A DNA stretch of 64,000 nt from Candidatus Omnitrophota bacterium. GTDB lineage: Bacteria; Omnitrophota; Omnitrophia; Omnitrophales; Aquincolibacteriaceae. A program made the translations under genes and the position numbers. The notes under the pieces were generated by a model. It did no database searches and was not told the DNA's origin. It worked only from the letters and a program-made list of their open reading frames with translations. This document shows positions 9,834-19,728 of this stretch, piece by piece (position 1 is the stretch's first letter; each line of letters starts with the position of its first letter). The stretch covers positions 45,231 to 109,230 of the forward strand of contig DAOPYQ010000005.1 of the NCBI GenBank assembly GCA_035352955.1, written 5' to 3'.

Positions 9834-10717
9834 CAGATCGTCGCTTTCGCATTCGGAAAAAGCCGCGCAAGGCGCATAGCAAGCCTCGTCGCGGTCAGTT
9901 TCTGGTTCGTATTCATATCCAGGGCGGCCTTGGAATCATACAGAAGGTCCATCGCCTCCAGCCACCGGCGGACCTCGTCGGCATCGGGATGTTCCCCCGA
10001 AACCATTTGCGACACTTTCTCGCGGCAAACAAGCATCAAGTGATCAAGCTTGCGCTTGGCCTCATCGCGCGGGATCGTGCCGTAGCTTTCAAAGATCTCC
10101 CGGAACGGCGGCGCATCCATCGAGTTCACGCCCGTCGGGACCTGCTGGAACACCATCGGCGTCAAACGGATCTCGAAACACCGCGACTGGATCGTTTCTA
10201 GAAGATTGCTTTTATTCTCGGTCAGAAGGCAGAACACGGTATGTTTCGGCGATTCCTCGAGCGTTTTAAGGAACGCATTGGCCGCTTCTTCGGTCAACCG
10301 CTCCGCCTTCAGCACAATGCATACTTTCCAGGCACCCTCATACGGCCTTGTAAATGCCCAGTGAAGGATCTCGCGAACCGTTCCGGGATCGTTACTGTCC
10401 TTTCCGATCTTGATCGAGCGCTCGGTTTTATCTTCCCCCAGCCACCGCACGTCCGGGTAAAGATGCTTCCAGATCCGCTGCGAGACGGGAGTTTCCTGCG
10501 ATCCAAAAAGTTTCGTATCGCCGTTCTCGAGAGCGCAGGCAAAAGCGACGGCGAATTCTTCTTTGATGTCGGTAGAATTGCGATCATTCGCCATTTCCGC
10601 CATCTCGGAAGCATCCTCCCGCCCGCTGAAGATATAGGCAGAGGCAACACGGCCCGTTTTCATGTGCGCTTCAAGAATGCGTGCGGCCAATTTCTGAGTG
10701 TTATTGGCCAAAAACAC
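9833..10717 (-). CDS. holB: DNA polymerase III delta-prime subunit
   Basis: AYIFSG, KVCIVLKAERLTEEAANAFLKTLEESP, and SRCFEIRL (sensor). It has a GTG start and lies next to tmk, as in many genomes. Confidence 0.75.
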   Translation of the reverse strand: MFLANNTQKLAARILEAHMKTGRVASAYIFSGREDASEMAEMANDRNSTDIKEEFAVAFACALENGDTKLFGSQETPVSQRIWKHLYPDVRWLGEDKTERSIKIGKDSNDPGTVREILHWAFTRPYEGAWKVCIVLKAERLTEEAANAFLKTLEESPKHTVFCLLTENKSNLLETIQSRCFEIRLTPMVFQQVPTGVNSMDAPPFREIFESYGTIPRDEAKRKLDHLMLVCREKVSQMVSGEHPDADEVRRWLEAMDLLYDSKAALDMNTNQKLTATRLAMRLARLFPNAKATI

Positions 10718-11369
10718 GTTCGAGCCTTTCCTGAACCTTCAGACGGATCCATTCCACCGGCTTGCTAGCATCCAGCACGGTCATGCGTTTCGGTTCCTTC
10801 CGGGCGATTGCCAGAAACCCCTGGCGCACCCGCCGGTGAAAACTCATGACCTCCCGCTCGATCCGGTCGTGCCGGCCGCCGCGCTGAAGACCTTTCTCGC
10901 TATCGATATCCAATACGAATGTCAGATCCGGTTTCAGGTTCCCGCGGACCAATCGGCCCGCTTGCTCGATCGCGGCCAGCGAAAGCTTACGCCCGAACCC
11001 CTGGTACGCGCGCGTCGAATCCTCAAACCTGTCACAGATCACGACTTTGCCTTGTTGAAGCGCCGGCAGAATCTTTTCGCGAACGATCTGTGCGCGCGCC
11101 GCAAGATACAGCAGCAACTCGGTCACATGCGCCATTTCGGTATTCTCTTTATCGAGAAGAATGTTACGGATAGCCTCGCTGATCCGCGTCCCGCCCGGTT
11201 CGCGAAGCATCACAACGGAACAGCCCCTCTGTTTCAGGAACGCCACCGCGTTGCGGATCTGCGTGCTCTTTCCCGCCCCTTCCGATCCTTCGAATGTTAT
11301 GAAATAACCCCGATGCTTTTTATCGTCCCGAGCGCAGCGAAGGATTCTCTTAGAGTTTTTCGGCGTCAT
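10701..11369 (-). CDS. tmk: Thymidylate kinase
   Basis: FITFEGSEGAGKSTQ P-loop and the DRF motif (VICDRFEDSTRAYQG). The ATG at 11369 forms an ATGA overlap with the cysS stop. Confidence 0.9.
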   Translation of the reverse strand: MTPKNSKRILRCARDDKKHRGYFITFEGSEGAGKSTQIRNAVAFLKQRGCSVVMLREPGGTRISEAIRNILLDKENTEMAHVTELLLYLAARAQIVREKILPALQQGKVVICDRFEDSTRAYQGFGRKLSLAAIEQAGRLVRGNLKPDLTFVLDIDSEKGLQRGGRHDRIEREVMSFHRRVRQGFLAIARKEPKRMTVLDASKPVEWIRLKVQERLERVFGQ

Positions 11370-12787
11370 TTCTTCACATCCCAAATACGGCGAATCTTTT
11401 TGACGGTGGAAGGCTCACCGGGGCGGCCGTCTTTGACGAGCCAACCAAGCTTTTCAATCTCTTTGCGGAGCGCGTCCGACCTTGAAAAATCCTTCACCTT
11501 ACGGGCCTCGAAGTACTGCCCGAGGGCCGATTTCACCTCGCCGGGGATCAGATCCGCCGAAGCGATGTCGAGACCGAGAAGCCGGTCCGTTTTCCTGAAA
11601 AACTCCACGCATTTCCCAAATCCCTTTTCCGGAATCTTTGGAAGGTTCGCGTTGATATGCGTCACGGCCTCCTGAAAACTCGCGAGCGCACCTGCAACAT
11701 TAAGATCCTCGGCAAGGAACTTCTCCATTTCAGCAAGAACGGAGTCACAGACTTTCAATTCAAACCCGGCTTCTCCTTTTTGCCCGTCCAGTTGCAGACG
11801 GCTCAGACACTGGAAATAGCAGTTGTCCAGTTTCTCGATCACCTCGCGGGCTTCCTTGAGTCCGTCCAGCGTAAAATTAAGCGAATGACGGTAATGGACC
11901 GAAATAAGCGCGTAGCGGATCGCCATGGGATCATAACCCTTGGCCAGGAGATCCCGGAGCGTAAAGAAGTTACCTTTCGATTTCGACATCTTCTCGCCGT
12001 TCACAAGAAGGTGCTTCGCGTGAAGCCAGTATTTAACAAATGGCTTTCCCGTCGCCGCCTCGGATTGAGCAATCTCGTTCTCGTGATGCGGAAACACGAG
12101 GTCTTCGCCCCCCGCATGGATATCGATCGTTTCCCCGAGATGGCGTGTACACATCGCGGAGCATTCGATGTGCCACCCGGGCCGGCCCTTTCCCCAGGGA
12201 GAATCCCACGACGGCTCGCCTTCCTTCGCGGCTTTCCAAAGCACGAAATCCGCGCCTTCTTCCTTATCATACTCGTCCACATCCACCCGCGCCCCGACGA
12301 TGTTGCTTTCAAGCTTCTTCTTGGAAAGTTTTCCGTACTCGGGGAACCCTGCGACGCGGAAATAGACCGAACCTTCCGCCGCGTACGCGATGCCTTTGGC
12401 GACAAGCTTCGCGATCATTTCGATCATGTCCGGGATCGAGTCGGTGGCGTTTGGCTGGATCTTCGGCGGAAGCATATAAAGCGCCTTCATGTCGTCGAGG
12501 AAAGCCTGCGTATAAAAAACGGTGTATTCCTGAAGTGTTTTTTTCTCGCGGTTCGCGCCGGCGATCGTCTTATCATCGACATCCGTGATATTCATCACAT
12601 GATTGACGCTGAAACCTTTGAACTCCAGAAAACGGCGAAGAAGGTCTTCGAAAGCAAACGTCCGAAAATTGCCGATATGCGCGTAGTTGTAGACCGTCGG
12701 ACCGCAGGTGTAGAAAGTCACTTCCCCCGCCTTAAGCGGCCGAAATTCCTCGGCTTTTCCGGAAAGCGTGTTGTGGAACCGGATCAT
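11366..12787 (-). CDS. cysS: Cysteine--tRNA ligase
   Basis: FYTCGPTVYNYAHIGNFR (HIGH) and KMSKSKGN. Confidence 0.95.
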   Translation of the reverse strand: MIRFHNTLSGKAEEFRPLKAGEVTFYTCGPTVYNYAHIGNFRTFAFEDLLRRFLEFKGFSVNHVMNITDVDDKTIAGANREKKTLQEYTVFYTQAFLDDMKALYMLPPKIQPNATDSIPDMIEMIAKLVAKGIAYAAEGSVYFRVAGFPEYGKLSKKKLESNIVGARVDVDEYDKEEGADFVLWKAAKEGEPSWDSPWGKGRPGWHIECSAMCTRHLGETIDIHAGGEDLVFPHHENEIAQSEAATGKPFVKYWLHAKHLLVNGEKMSKSKGNFFTLRDLLAKGYDPMAIRYALISVHYRHSLNFTLDGLKEAREVIEKLDNCYFQCLSRLQLDGQKGEAGFELKVCDSVLAEMEKFLAEDLNVAGALASFQEAVTHINANLPKIPEKGFGKCVEFFRKTDRLLGLDIASADLIPGEVKSALGQYFEARKVKDFSRSDALRKEIEKLGWLVKDGRPGEPSTVKKIRRIWDVKK

Positions 12788-13986
12788 AAAGCGACCTTTT
12801 TCATACTGACCACAGCTTCACACGTAACCGCCAGGCCTTCCCCCTCAGGGCCCAGGCCTTCACGGGTGCGAGCCTTGATAGAAATATCTTTGACGGGAAG
12901 CCCAAGACACCTGGCGACGCTTGCCCGGATCTTTTGCTTACGGGTATAGAGCTTCGGCGCTTCCAGGATAATATTCGTATCGGCGTGATACGGCACCCAC
13001 CCCTGACGTTTTGCTTCGCCCAGGACGGCCGCGACGATCTTCGTGCTGCGCATGTTCTTGAACTTTGGGTCCCGGTCCGAAAACCATTCACCGATATCTC
13101 CGCCACCGATCGCGCCCAGCATCGCATCCGCGACGGCATGAAGCAACGCGTCCCCGTCCGAATGTCCGAGCGCGCCTTTAGGAGACGGGACCACGACCCC
13201 CCCCAGATAGAATTTCCGCCCTTTGACAAGGCGGTGGGTGTCAAACCCGATCCCGACGCGGACTTCCGGAGCAATATTTTTTTCTGTCATCGCTTTGGCC
13301 AACAGCAGATCCGGTAATGTTGTAAGTTTCGGGTTCCAATCCCCGTGCGGCACCACGCGGACTTTCGCGCCGATCGCTTCCAGAAGTCCCGCTTCATCCG
13401 TCGCTCCGAGTGACCGCGGATTATCGCGATAAGCCTTGAACAGAACGTCCCGGCGAACGAGCTGCGGCGTCTCGGCTTCGTAAAGAACGCTTCGGTCCAC
13501 GGTCTCCTGAATCCTTCCGTCTCCGGTCAGGACCCGTTTGATCGTCGGGACCACTTTCCGCGCCAGAATGACCCCGTCCCACCCCTCGGCAGACTGAAGA
13601 ACTTTTTTAATCGACTCCACCGACACAAGCGGCCGCGCGCCATCATGGACCATCACCCAGTCCGAACGGGGGGAAACTTTTTTGAGCGCGTTCAAGACCG
13701 ATCCCGCGCGGGTTTCACCGCCGAGGATCCAGCGAACCTTCTTCCCTTTGAGTGAACGAGACCACCGCTTGACCTCCGAATGCATTTCGGAGCTGACGGC
13801 AACGATCGTTTCCTTCACCTCGGGAAATTGCTGGAACACACGCAGCGTCCGCAAAAGCACCGGCTCGCCGCCCAGGGAATAAAAAAGCTTGGAACGGAAA
13901 GACGACGCTTTTTTTTCTGCTCCGGAAAGGCTTTCGAGAAAGCGGCTACCGAGCCCCGCTGCGGGGATAATGAGAGAAACCCGCAT
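12784..13986 (-). CDS. ispDF: Bifunctional 2-C-methyl-D-erythritol 4-phosphate cytidylyltransferase / 2-C-methyl-D-erythritol 2,4-cyclodiphosphate synthase (IspD-IspF fusion)
   Basis: The N-terminal half is IspD-like (IIPAAGLGSRF). The C-terminal half is IspF-like (GIGFDTHRL...GHSDGDALLHAVADAMLGA). Confidence 0.9.
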   Translation of the reverse strand: MRVSLIIPAAGLGSRFLESLSGAEKKASSFRSKLFYSLGGEPVLLRTLRVFQQFPEVKETIVAVSSEMHSEVKRWSRSLKGKKVRWILGGETRAGSVLNALKKVSPRSDWVMVHDGARPLVSVESIKKVLQSAEGWDGVILARKVVPTIKRVLTGDGRIQETVDRSVLYEAETPQLVRRDVLFKAYRDNPRSLGATDEAGLLEAIGAKVRVVPHGDWNPKLTTLPDLLLAKAMTEKNIAPEVRVGIGFDTHRLVKGRKFYLGGVVVPSPKGALGHSDGDALLHAVADAMLGAIGGGDIGEWFSDRDPKFKNMRSTKIVAAVLGEAKRQGWVPYHADTNIILEAPKLYTRKQKIRASVARCLGLPVKDISIKARTREGLGPEGEGLAVTCEAVVSMKKVAL

Positions 13987-14109
13987 TCACTTTACCCCGT
14001 TAGAGATCGTTAACATATCTTTTTACCTTTTGCCCTTGGCAAGAACGGAAGGTCGCATGAAAACAACCTCATACCCTCCACAGAAGCGTCTGCAAAGCGC
14101 TTCTTATCT

Positions 14110-15312
14110 CTAACGGGGATTACCTCCCTCGTGACCAGTCTGGCCCTGAGGATTCGGCTGATTCGGGTTCTGATATCCTTGCCCCTGATGGCCATTATGC
14201 CGTTCATGACGATCGAAACCGTTCCGCGGACGGCGGGAATCATGCCCGTGCCGGTCCCCGCCCCGGTTGTCGCGCCAACGTTCGCCACGATCGCCACCCC
14301 TCTCCGGACGATGATCATTATCATCCGAAAGCTTCGCGAAGATCATGCGGCCGGCTTGCGTTTGGAGAACGCTCGTGATCGTAACCTTCACGGTCTGACC
14401 CAGGCGACGTTTCCCATTATCCACAACGACCATCGTCCCGTCATCAAGATACGCCACGCCCTGCTCGTGTTCTTTGCCTTCTTTGAGGATCTTGATCTCC
14501 ATCTCCTCACCCGGCATGACAACAGGCTTCAGCGCATTCGCAAGGTCGTTGATATTGAGAACCTTCACACCCTGCAGTTCCGCAACCTTGTTAAGATTGT
14601 AATCATTCGTAAAGACCTTTGCTTCCATCACCTGCCCCATTTTCACGAGCTTCGCATCAACCGTATTGAACTCCGGAAAATCCATCTCGTGGATCTTGAC
14701 CTGGATGTTCGGATTCTCGCGAATGGCGTTCAGCACATCCAAACCCCGGCGGCCGCGGTTTCGTTTGAGTGGGTCCGAGGAATCGGCGATCAGCTGGAGC
14801 TCCTTGAGGACAAAACGCGGAAGGATCAATTTACCGGAAAGAAAATGAGTGTTCGCAATATCCGAGATGCGGCCATCGATAATCACGCTCGTATCGAGAA
14901 GGATCAGCTCCTCGCCCGGCCCCTTGGAATCAAGACGCACGAACGGGATCATCAGGCTAAACTCATCCTGCCCCCGCAGGATCGTAATGATCCCGAGATA
15001 GGAAAAAATAATCGCGGTCGCGATCCCGAAGTTACGATTGGCCTCCGTCGGAAAATTGGCGTAAGTTACGACCATCATGAAAAGACGGTGCGTCAAAAGG
15101 CCAAGCGCGAGACCCGCGATAACGGACAGGATGTTCCGGACGGTATACTGTTTGAAAAAAATATCAATCGAAACAATGAGGACCCCGATCAATGCACCGA
15201 TACCGGCCGAGATCCATGACGCGTAAGGCAATTGAAGACCCGAAAGCCCCTGAGAAAGATACCCGAACAGGGCGCATCCAAGAATAAACACAAGACGGAT
15301 GACAAGAATCAT
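14110..15312 (-). CDS. yacL: YacL-like PIN/TRAM-domain membrane protein with a low-complexity Arg/Gly/His-rich C-terminal tail
   Basis: N-terminal TM helices, then [17 protein letters not shown]...[27 protein letters not shown], co-linear with B. subtilis YacL. It sits directly upstream of ispDF, as in Firmicutes. The start is the ATG at 15312. Confidence 0.8.
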   Translation of the reverse strand: MILVIRLVFILGCALFGYLSQGLSGLQLPYASWISAGIGALIGVLIVSIDIFFKQYTVRNILSVIAGLALGLLTHRLFMMVVTYANFPTEANRNFGIATAIIFSYLGIITILRGQDEFSLMIPFVRLDSKGPGEELILLDTSVIIDGRISDIANTHFLSGKLILPRFVLKELQLIADSSDPLKRNRGRRGLDVLNAIRENPNIQVKIHEMDFPEFNTVDAKLVKMGQVMEAKVFTNDYNLNKVAELQGVKVLNINDLANALKPVVMPGEEMEIKILKEGKEHEQGVAYLDDGTMVVVDNGKRRLGQTVKVTITSVLQTQAGRMIFAKLSDDNDHRPERGGDRGERWRDNRGGDRHGHDSRRPRNGFDRHERHNGHQGQGYQNPNQPNPQGQTGHEGGNPR

Positions 15313-15362
15313 GATCGCTGCTCCTTTGGTCACTATGGAATAAATAGTTATTGTTCATCGGT

Positions 15363-16178
15363 TTATGCTAAAAAAAGGAAGTACCACTTGCGGCCTCCCT
15401 GGCCGGAGTCTTTCTTAAGAAGCTTCCACGGATGCGCGCGGACGTCTTTTACAAAGGCCTGCATATCCTTGTAAAGGTCATCCTTCATCAGCAACTCTCC
15501 GAGCGTCCCCTCTCCTTTATTCACTTTCCCGAGGATCGCATCAAGGGACGCGCTGGAAGACTGGATATTCTTAAGACTCCGGGTAACATCACCTTCCGAA
15601 CCCTTGAGAGACGAATTAAGGGCCACGCTCAGTTCCGAAAGATTGTGGATCATATCCTTCAGATCTTTAGCGGTCCCGTCACTCGCCACGCTTTCGCGAA
15701 CGCTCTTCAGAATCGCAGAAAGCTGGTCCGAGATCCCTCGGGCGCGGTCGATGAGCGCTTCCATCGGCATCGGGCTGACCCCTTCCACCAACGCACCCTT
15801 ACGAAGGATGGGGAAACTGCCCTTGACCGGTGTAATCTCGATATGGGGCTCGCTCAGAATATGGGTTCCCCGTATCGTAAACTGGTAGTTCTCTCTGATA
15901 TCTATTCCTTTTTCAATGAAGAGCTTGACCTTCACGCGGGTCTTTTCCTTCGCCGCGTCATAGAGAAGCTGGACACTATCCACTTCTCCGACCTTCACGC
16001 CGGCCATACGCACCGGCGCCCCTTTATTAAGGATACTAACGTATTCGTACATCACGTCGACCGAATACCCGGGACGAAAAAGATAGACCCCGCTGACAAA
16101 GAACAGGACGAGCGTCAGAAAAATAAATCCGATAATGACAAAAACCCCTACCTCGACTTCATTGCCCTTTTTCCTCAT
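15363..16178 (-). CDS. mlaD: MCE-domain protein MlaD
   Basis: Single N-terminal TM helix, then an MCE domain (GAPVRMAGVKVGEVDSV). Confidence 0.8.
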   Translation of the reverse strand: MRKKGNEVEVGVFVIIGFIFLTLVLFFVSGVYLFRPGYSVDVMYEYVSILNKGAPVRMAGVKVGEVDSVQLLYDAAKEKTRVKVKLFIEKGIDIRENYQFTIRGTHILSEPHIEITPVKGSFPILRKGALVEGVSPMPMEALIDRARGISDQLSAILKSVRESVASDGTAKDLKDMIHNLSELSVALNSSLKGSEGDVTRSLKNIQSSSASLDAILGKVNKGEGTLGELLMKDDLYKDMQAFVKDVRAHPWKLLKKDSGQGGRKWYFLFLA

Positions 16179-16945
16179 ACATGCTCCATTTCGGTTTTTC
16201 CCTGATCCGTGATCGGCCCGTGCGCCGAACCGGTAATGAATTGCTGAATAACCGGATCCTTGGAATTTTTTATCTCGTCGGGAGTTCCGGTCCCGATGAT
16301 CTTGCCCTCATAAAGCATGGCGATCCGGTCGCCCACTTTATAAGCACTGGTCATGTCATGCGTCACAACGATCGATGTAACTTTCAGCTGCTCCTGCATC
16401 CGCAGGATCAGGTCATTGATCACATCGGCGTTGATGGGATCCAATCCGGTCGTCGGCTCGTCATAAAGAATGGTCTTGGGCTCGTTGCAGATCGCCCTGG
16501 CCAACCCGACCCGCTTCTTCATACCCCCCGAAAGGCTCGCCGGCATCAATTCCTCGATCCCCGCGAGCCCCACCAAACCCAATTTCTCCCGAACTTTCTG
16601 ACCAATCGCTTCTTCAGCCATTTGGGTATGCTCATGGAGTGAAAAACCGACGTTCCCGCCGACTGTCAGCGAATCAAAAAGAGCGGCCCCCTGAAACAGC
16701 ATGCCAAGCTGCAGCCTGCACTGGTCCTGCTCCTCCGGCGTCATGGTATACATCGAGCGGCCGTCGATCCTGATATCCCCTTCGTCCGGCTCAAGGATCG
16801 CCATGATGTGTTTCAAAAGAACGCTTTTCCCGCATCCGGAGCGCCCGATGATCACAAGCGTCTCACCGTCACGGATCGTAAGATCCACGCCGCGCAAAAC
16901 ATGGTTCCCGCCAAACCATTTCTGGACACCCTTGATCTCGATCAA
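16175..16945 (-). CDS. mlaF: ABC transporter ATP-binding protein MlaF
   Basis: Walker A GRSGCGKS, signature LSGGMKKRV, Walker B ILYDEPTTGLD. The TTG start at 16945 is preceded by AAAGGGGA. The longer track ORF runs into mlaE and was rejected. Confidence 0.8.
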   Translation of the reverse strand: MIEIKGVQKWFGGNHVLRGVDLTIRDGETLVIIGRSGCGKSVLLKHIMAILEPDEGDIRIDGRSMYTMTPEEQDQCRLQLGMLFQGAALFDSLTVGGNVGFSLHEHTQMAEEAIGQKVREKLGLVGLAGIEELMPASLSGGMKKRVGLARAICNEPKTILYDEPTTGLDPINADVINDLILRMQEQLKVTSIVVTHDMTSAYKVGDRIAMLYEGKIIGTGTPDEIKNSKDPVIQQFITGSAHGPITDQGKTEMEHV

Positions 16946-16959
16946 CGTCTTTCCCCTTT

Positions 16960-17772
16960 TTAAATAAAATAGAAAATGGCGGTGAAAAGCGCGTCGGAAG
17001 CGATGACCATGATCAGCGACACCACCACCGCAAGCGTCGTCGCGCGACCCACCCCTTCGGCACCGCCGCGGGCGTGAAACCCGAAATAGCACCCGACCAC
17101 AGAGATGATCCCACCAAAAACGAATGCCTTAATCAGCCCCGTAACGACGTCCTTCACGACCAGAGCATCGAACCCTCGTTTGATATACACGGGGGAACTC
17201 ATCCCCAATTTAAATACAGAAATAAGGTAGCCTCCAAACATCCCGATGATATCCGCGTAGATCGTCAGGATAAAAAGCATGGAAAACCCCGCTATAAAAC
17301 GCGGGATCACGAGATACTGGATCGGATTGGTAGCGAGCGCCTTCAAAGCATCAATCTGCTCGGTCACCTTCATGGTCCCGAGTTCCGCGGCAATCGAAGC
17401 CCCGACACGGCCAGCGACGACCATGGCCGTCAGAACCGGCCCGAGCTCGCGGCAAAGGGAAACCGAAATAAGGTCAGAAGTGAACTGTTCCGCCGAGAAA
17501 AGCCTTAATTGGTAGGTCGATTGCAGCGCCAGCACCATGCCCGTAAAAAGCGAGGTCAAAAAAACCAGCGGCAGAGACGTCACTCCGATCTTATTCATCT
17601 GATCGAGGGTCGCTTTCCAGCGGATCCTCCTCGACACCATCAGCGAGCACGTGTCGACAAAAAGGATAGCGATCCCGCCGGCGCCCTTAAAAATATCCAG
17701 ACAAAGCCGGCCGAATTCCTCCAACCAGGAACGGACAGAAACTGCCTTTTTTAAATCCCCCCATCGCGACAT
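16960..17772 (-). CDS. mlaE: ABC transporter permease MlaE
   Basis: Polytopic permease with the conserved MlaE core (ELGPVLTAMVVAGRVGASIAAELGTMKVTEQIDAL). Confidence 0.8.
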   Translation of the reverse strand: MSRWGDLKKAVSVRSWLEEFGRLCLDIFKGAGGIAILFVDTCSLMVSRRIRWKATLDQMNKIGVTSLPLVFLTSLFTGMVLALQSTYQLRLFSAEQFTSDLISVSLCRELGPVLTAMVVAGRVGASIAAELGTMKVTEQIDALKALATNPIQYLVIPRFIAGFSMLFILTIYADIIGMFGGYLISVFKLGMSSPVYIKRGFDALVVKDVVTGLIKAFVFGGIISVVGCYFGFHARGGAEGVGRATTLAVVVSLIMVIASDALFTAIFYFI

Positions 17773-17785
17773 AAGAATTCTTTCG

Positions 17786-19711
17786 TTAAAATTTTAATCT
17801 TGGACCGACCGTGACCGTCTTTTCGTCTTCGCGTCCGTCTTGGGAAGCATCCGGCGCCACCACCGCGGCCTTTTCATCAGCCTTGGCCTCAAGCGCCGAA
17901 AATTCTCCCCAACCGCCAATCGCGGACCGGTTCACTTCCAGGGTCCGGTCCTTTTCGTGCAAGGCCGCTTCAAGCCCTTTCCAGATCACCAGGTGGTCGG
18001 GGGTCTCTATTTTTACGCCTGCAAAGATATTGTCAAGCTTCAAATCCAACGCTCCGTTCAGATAGAAGATCGTGCGCCCTTTCCAGACCTTGGAATCCTT
18101 CAACGGCAGGTACGGCGGGAACCCACGGATCTGAATGATCCCCCGATCATAACTGAGCCGCCCCCATTTGCCGTCTCGAATATTGAAGGTCCCGATCACC
18201 TCCGGCTTCTCGAGTTCCCCCTCGACCACAAGCTTCCCGTCGACAAAACCTCCGAGCGCCTTAGGAAGTGGCCGTGAAGCAAATTCCTGAACGAGCCCAA
18301 GATCAAAATTCGAAACGCGAACCAGGAATTTTCCCTGCGGCTTCTTGCCGGGAAACGTCATCTGTCCCGTCATCTGGAACTGTTTGCCCCACGAACTCCG
18401 GATCCCGGTAATACCGAACGCGCTGACATCGAACGCCCCGTTCAGATCTTCAAACGGCTGCTTCTGTAAAATAAAATAATCGGTTTCAAAATTCCCTTTG
18501 AACATGAAATTCCGGTCACGCCACCGCCGGGACGTCGAATGGAGGAACATCTTACCCTGCGTAACGATATCCATGCTAAAAATTTTAAGATGATCAAAAT
18601 GGAAATAGACCGCGAAATCCATCCCCAGGAGATTGGAATGCACTGCAAATCGTTTCCGCCCTTGTTCGAACGCTAGTTGGTAGTTCCCGCTCGTAAGATC
18701 GAGTTCGGCCTTTCCCGCCCAGTCCCGGTCCACCCAAAGCGAATCCGCAATAAAACGTTTCCCGTCCTGCCGGACTTTCCCGTTGAACGGGAACACCCGG
18801 TCGCCCATTGGCTGGAACGATCCCTCGAGTTTTTCCAGGGCAAGATTCAAAAGAAAATCAAGTTTGAACCCCAAATTTTCTTTCCCAGCCCGCAGATGAC
18901 ACGCCATTTCCGGAAGACCTGCCTGGTGTTGGAAAGCCCCCGAAAGCTCGGTCTGCCAGCCATAAAGCACCGTTTTCAATTCCTCAAAAAAAAGGTCCTG
19001 CCCAACCCACCGGACCCTGCCCTCGATCTCCCTCAAGGGGATCGGGAGATCCTTCGAAAAATTCACCGCTCCCAGTTCCAGCCAGAGATCGTGGGTATGT
19101 TCGAACGGGCGGACCTGCCCATAGATACGGACCTTTCCTTCCAAAAAACCCGCGGCCTTCGCACGCACATCGATCTGAACGGTACGATCCGGGGATGGGA
19201 AGATCTTTCCGTCAAGACCGCTCAGAAGGATCTCTTTTCCGATTTTGGGAAGAAGATACCGGATCTCGCCGCCGCTGAAATCCAGGGCCGGCATTGAAAG
19301 ACCCGGCGGAGTTTGAGGACCTCCTTCGAAATACCGGTACGGGAACTGATCCGGCTCGATCAAAATGGTCGGGTTCTTCAGCACCACGCCCGCAGGAACA
19401 TCGAACCGCCGCGTCCAGAGCTGACTCAGGTCGTAGCGGAAAATCAAACTCTCCAGCCGGATCATCTGGGACGCGCTTTTCGCGGAGGGTGTTTCAATAA
19501 TGATCTTCTCAAGCGCGATCTGATTGAACCCGTGAGGACGAATCTGGCCGATATTGACCTTGGCCTTCAGGTATTGGCCGATACGCTGCTCCGCGAATTT
19601 ACGGAATTCCTCCGATTTTGCGATACGCCCGAGCAAAAGATTGGCGAGAAACACCACAGCCACAAGCAAGAGTGCCGCGGCCAGAAAAAACTTTTTCAGG
19701 ATCGATCGCAT
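17786..19711 (-). CDS. Large membrane-anchored protein, possibly AsmA/TamB-like (function unassigned)
   Basis: A single N-terminal TM helix (FFLAAALLLVAVVFLANLLLG) followed by about 600 aa of predicted periplasmic, beta-rich sequence. It lies between clpC and mlaEFD. The AsmA-like call is an inference from architecture and context only. Confidence 0.45.
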   Translation of the reverse strand: MRSILKKFFLAAALLLVAVVFLANLLLGRIAKSEEFRKFAEQRIGQYLKAKVNIGQIRPHGFNQIALEKIIIETPSAKSASQMIRLESLIFRYDLSQLWTRRFDVPAGVVLKNPTILIEPDQFPYRYFEGGPQTPPGLSMPALDFSGGEIRYLLPKIGKEILLSGLDGKIFPSPDRTVQIDVRAKAAGFLEGKVRIYGQVRPFEHTHDLWLELGAVNFSKDLPIPLREIEGRVRWVGQDLFFEELKTVLYGWQTELSGAFQHQAGLPEMACHLRAGKENLGFKLDFLLNLALEKLEGSFQPMGDRVFPFNGKVRQDGKRFIADSLWVDRDWAGKAELDLTSGNYQLAFEQGRKRFAVHSNLLGMDFAVYFHFDHLKIFSMDIVTQGKMFLHSTSRRWRDRNFMFKGNFETDYFILQKQPFEDLNGAFDVSAFGITGIRSSWGKQFQMTGQMTFPGKKPQGKFLVRVSNFDLGLVQEFASRPLPKALGGFVDGKLVVEGELEKPEVIGTFNIRDGKWGRLSYDRGIIQIRGFPPYLPLKDSKVWKGRTIFYLNGALDLKLDNIFAGVKIETPDHLVIWKGLEAALHEKDRTLEVNRSAIGGWGEFSALEAKADEKAAVVAPDASQDGREDEKTVTVGPRLKF

Positions 19712-19728
19712 ACCCCGGGCTTTCAAGT

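Noticed and set aside
11657-12949. 430-aa + ORF antisense to cysS/ispDF, and similar long antisense ORFs (7597-8691, 41499-42893, 56561-57994, 59669-60856, 60941-61762, 61889-62692, 26170-26991, 9168-10043)
   Set aside because: Each lies opposite a gene with strong family motifs. All have skewed R/G/P/H composition characteristic of GC-rich shadow frames.
14131-15219. 362-aa + strand ORF opposite yacL
   Set aside because: Arg/Pro/His-rich low-complexity translation with no motifs. It is fully antisense to a well-supported yacL, so a shadow ORF typical of high-GC DNA.
16175-17092. N-terminal 49-aa extension of the track ORF for mlaF (start at 17092)
   Set aside because: The extension overlaps mlaE by 130 nt and is Arg/Gly-rich. 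A TTG at 16945 with an AAAGGGGA RBS gives a canonical MlaF N-terminus. Similar over-long track ORFs were trimmed for tsaE, clpC, lolD, lolC, the CPBP protease, the MFS transporter, the AsmA-like protein, hydE, ICMT, KS, KR, secA and the SPFH protein.
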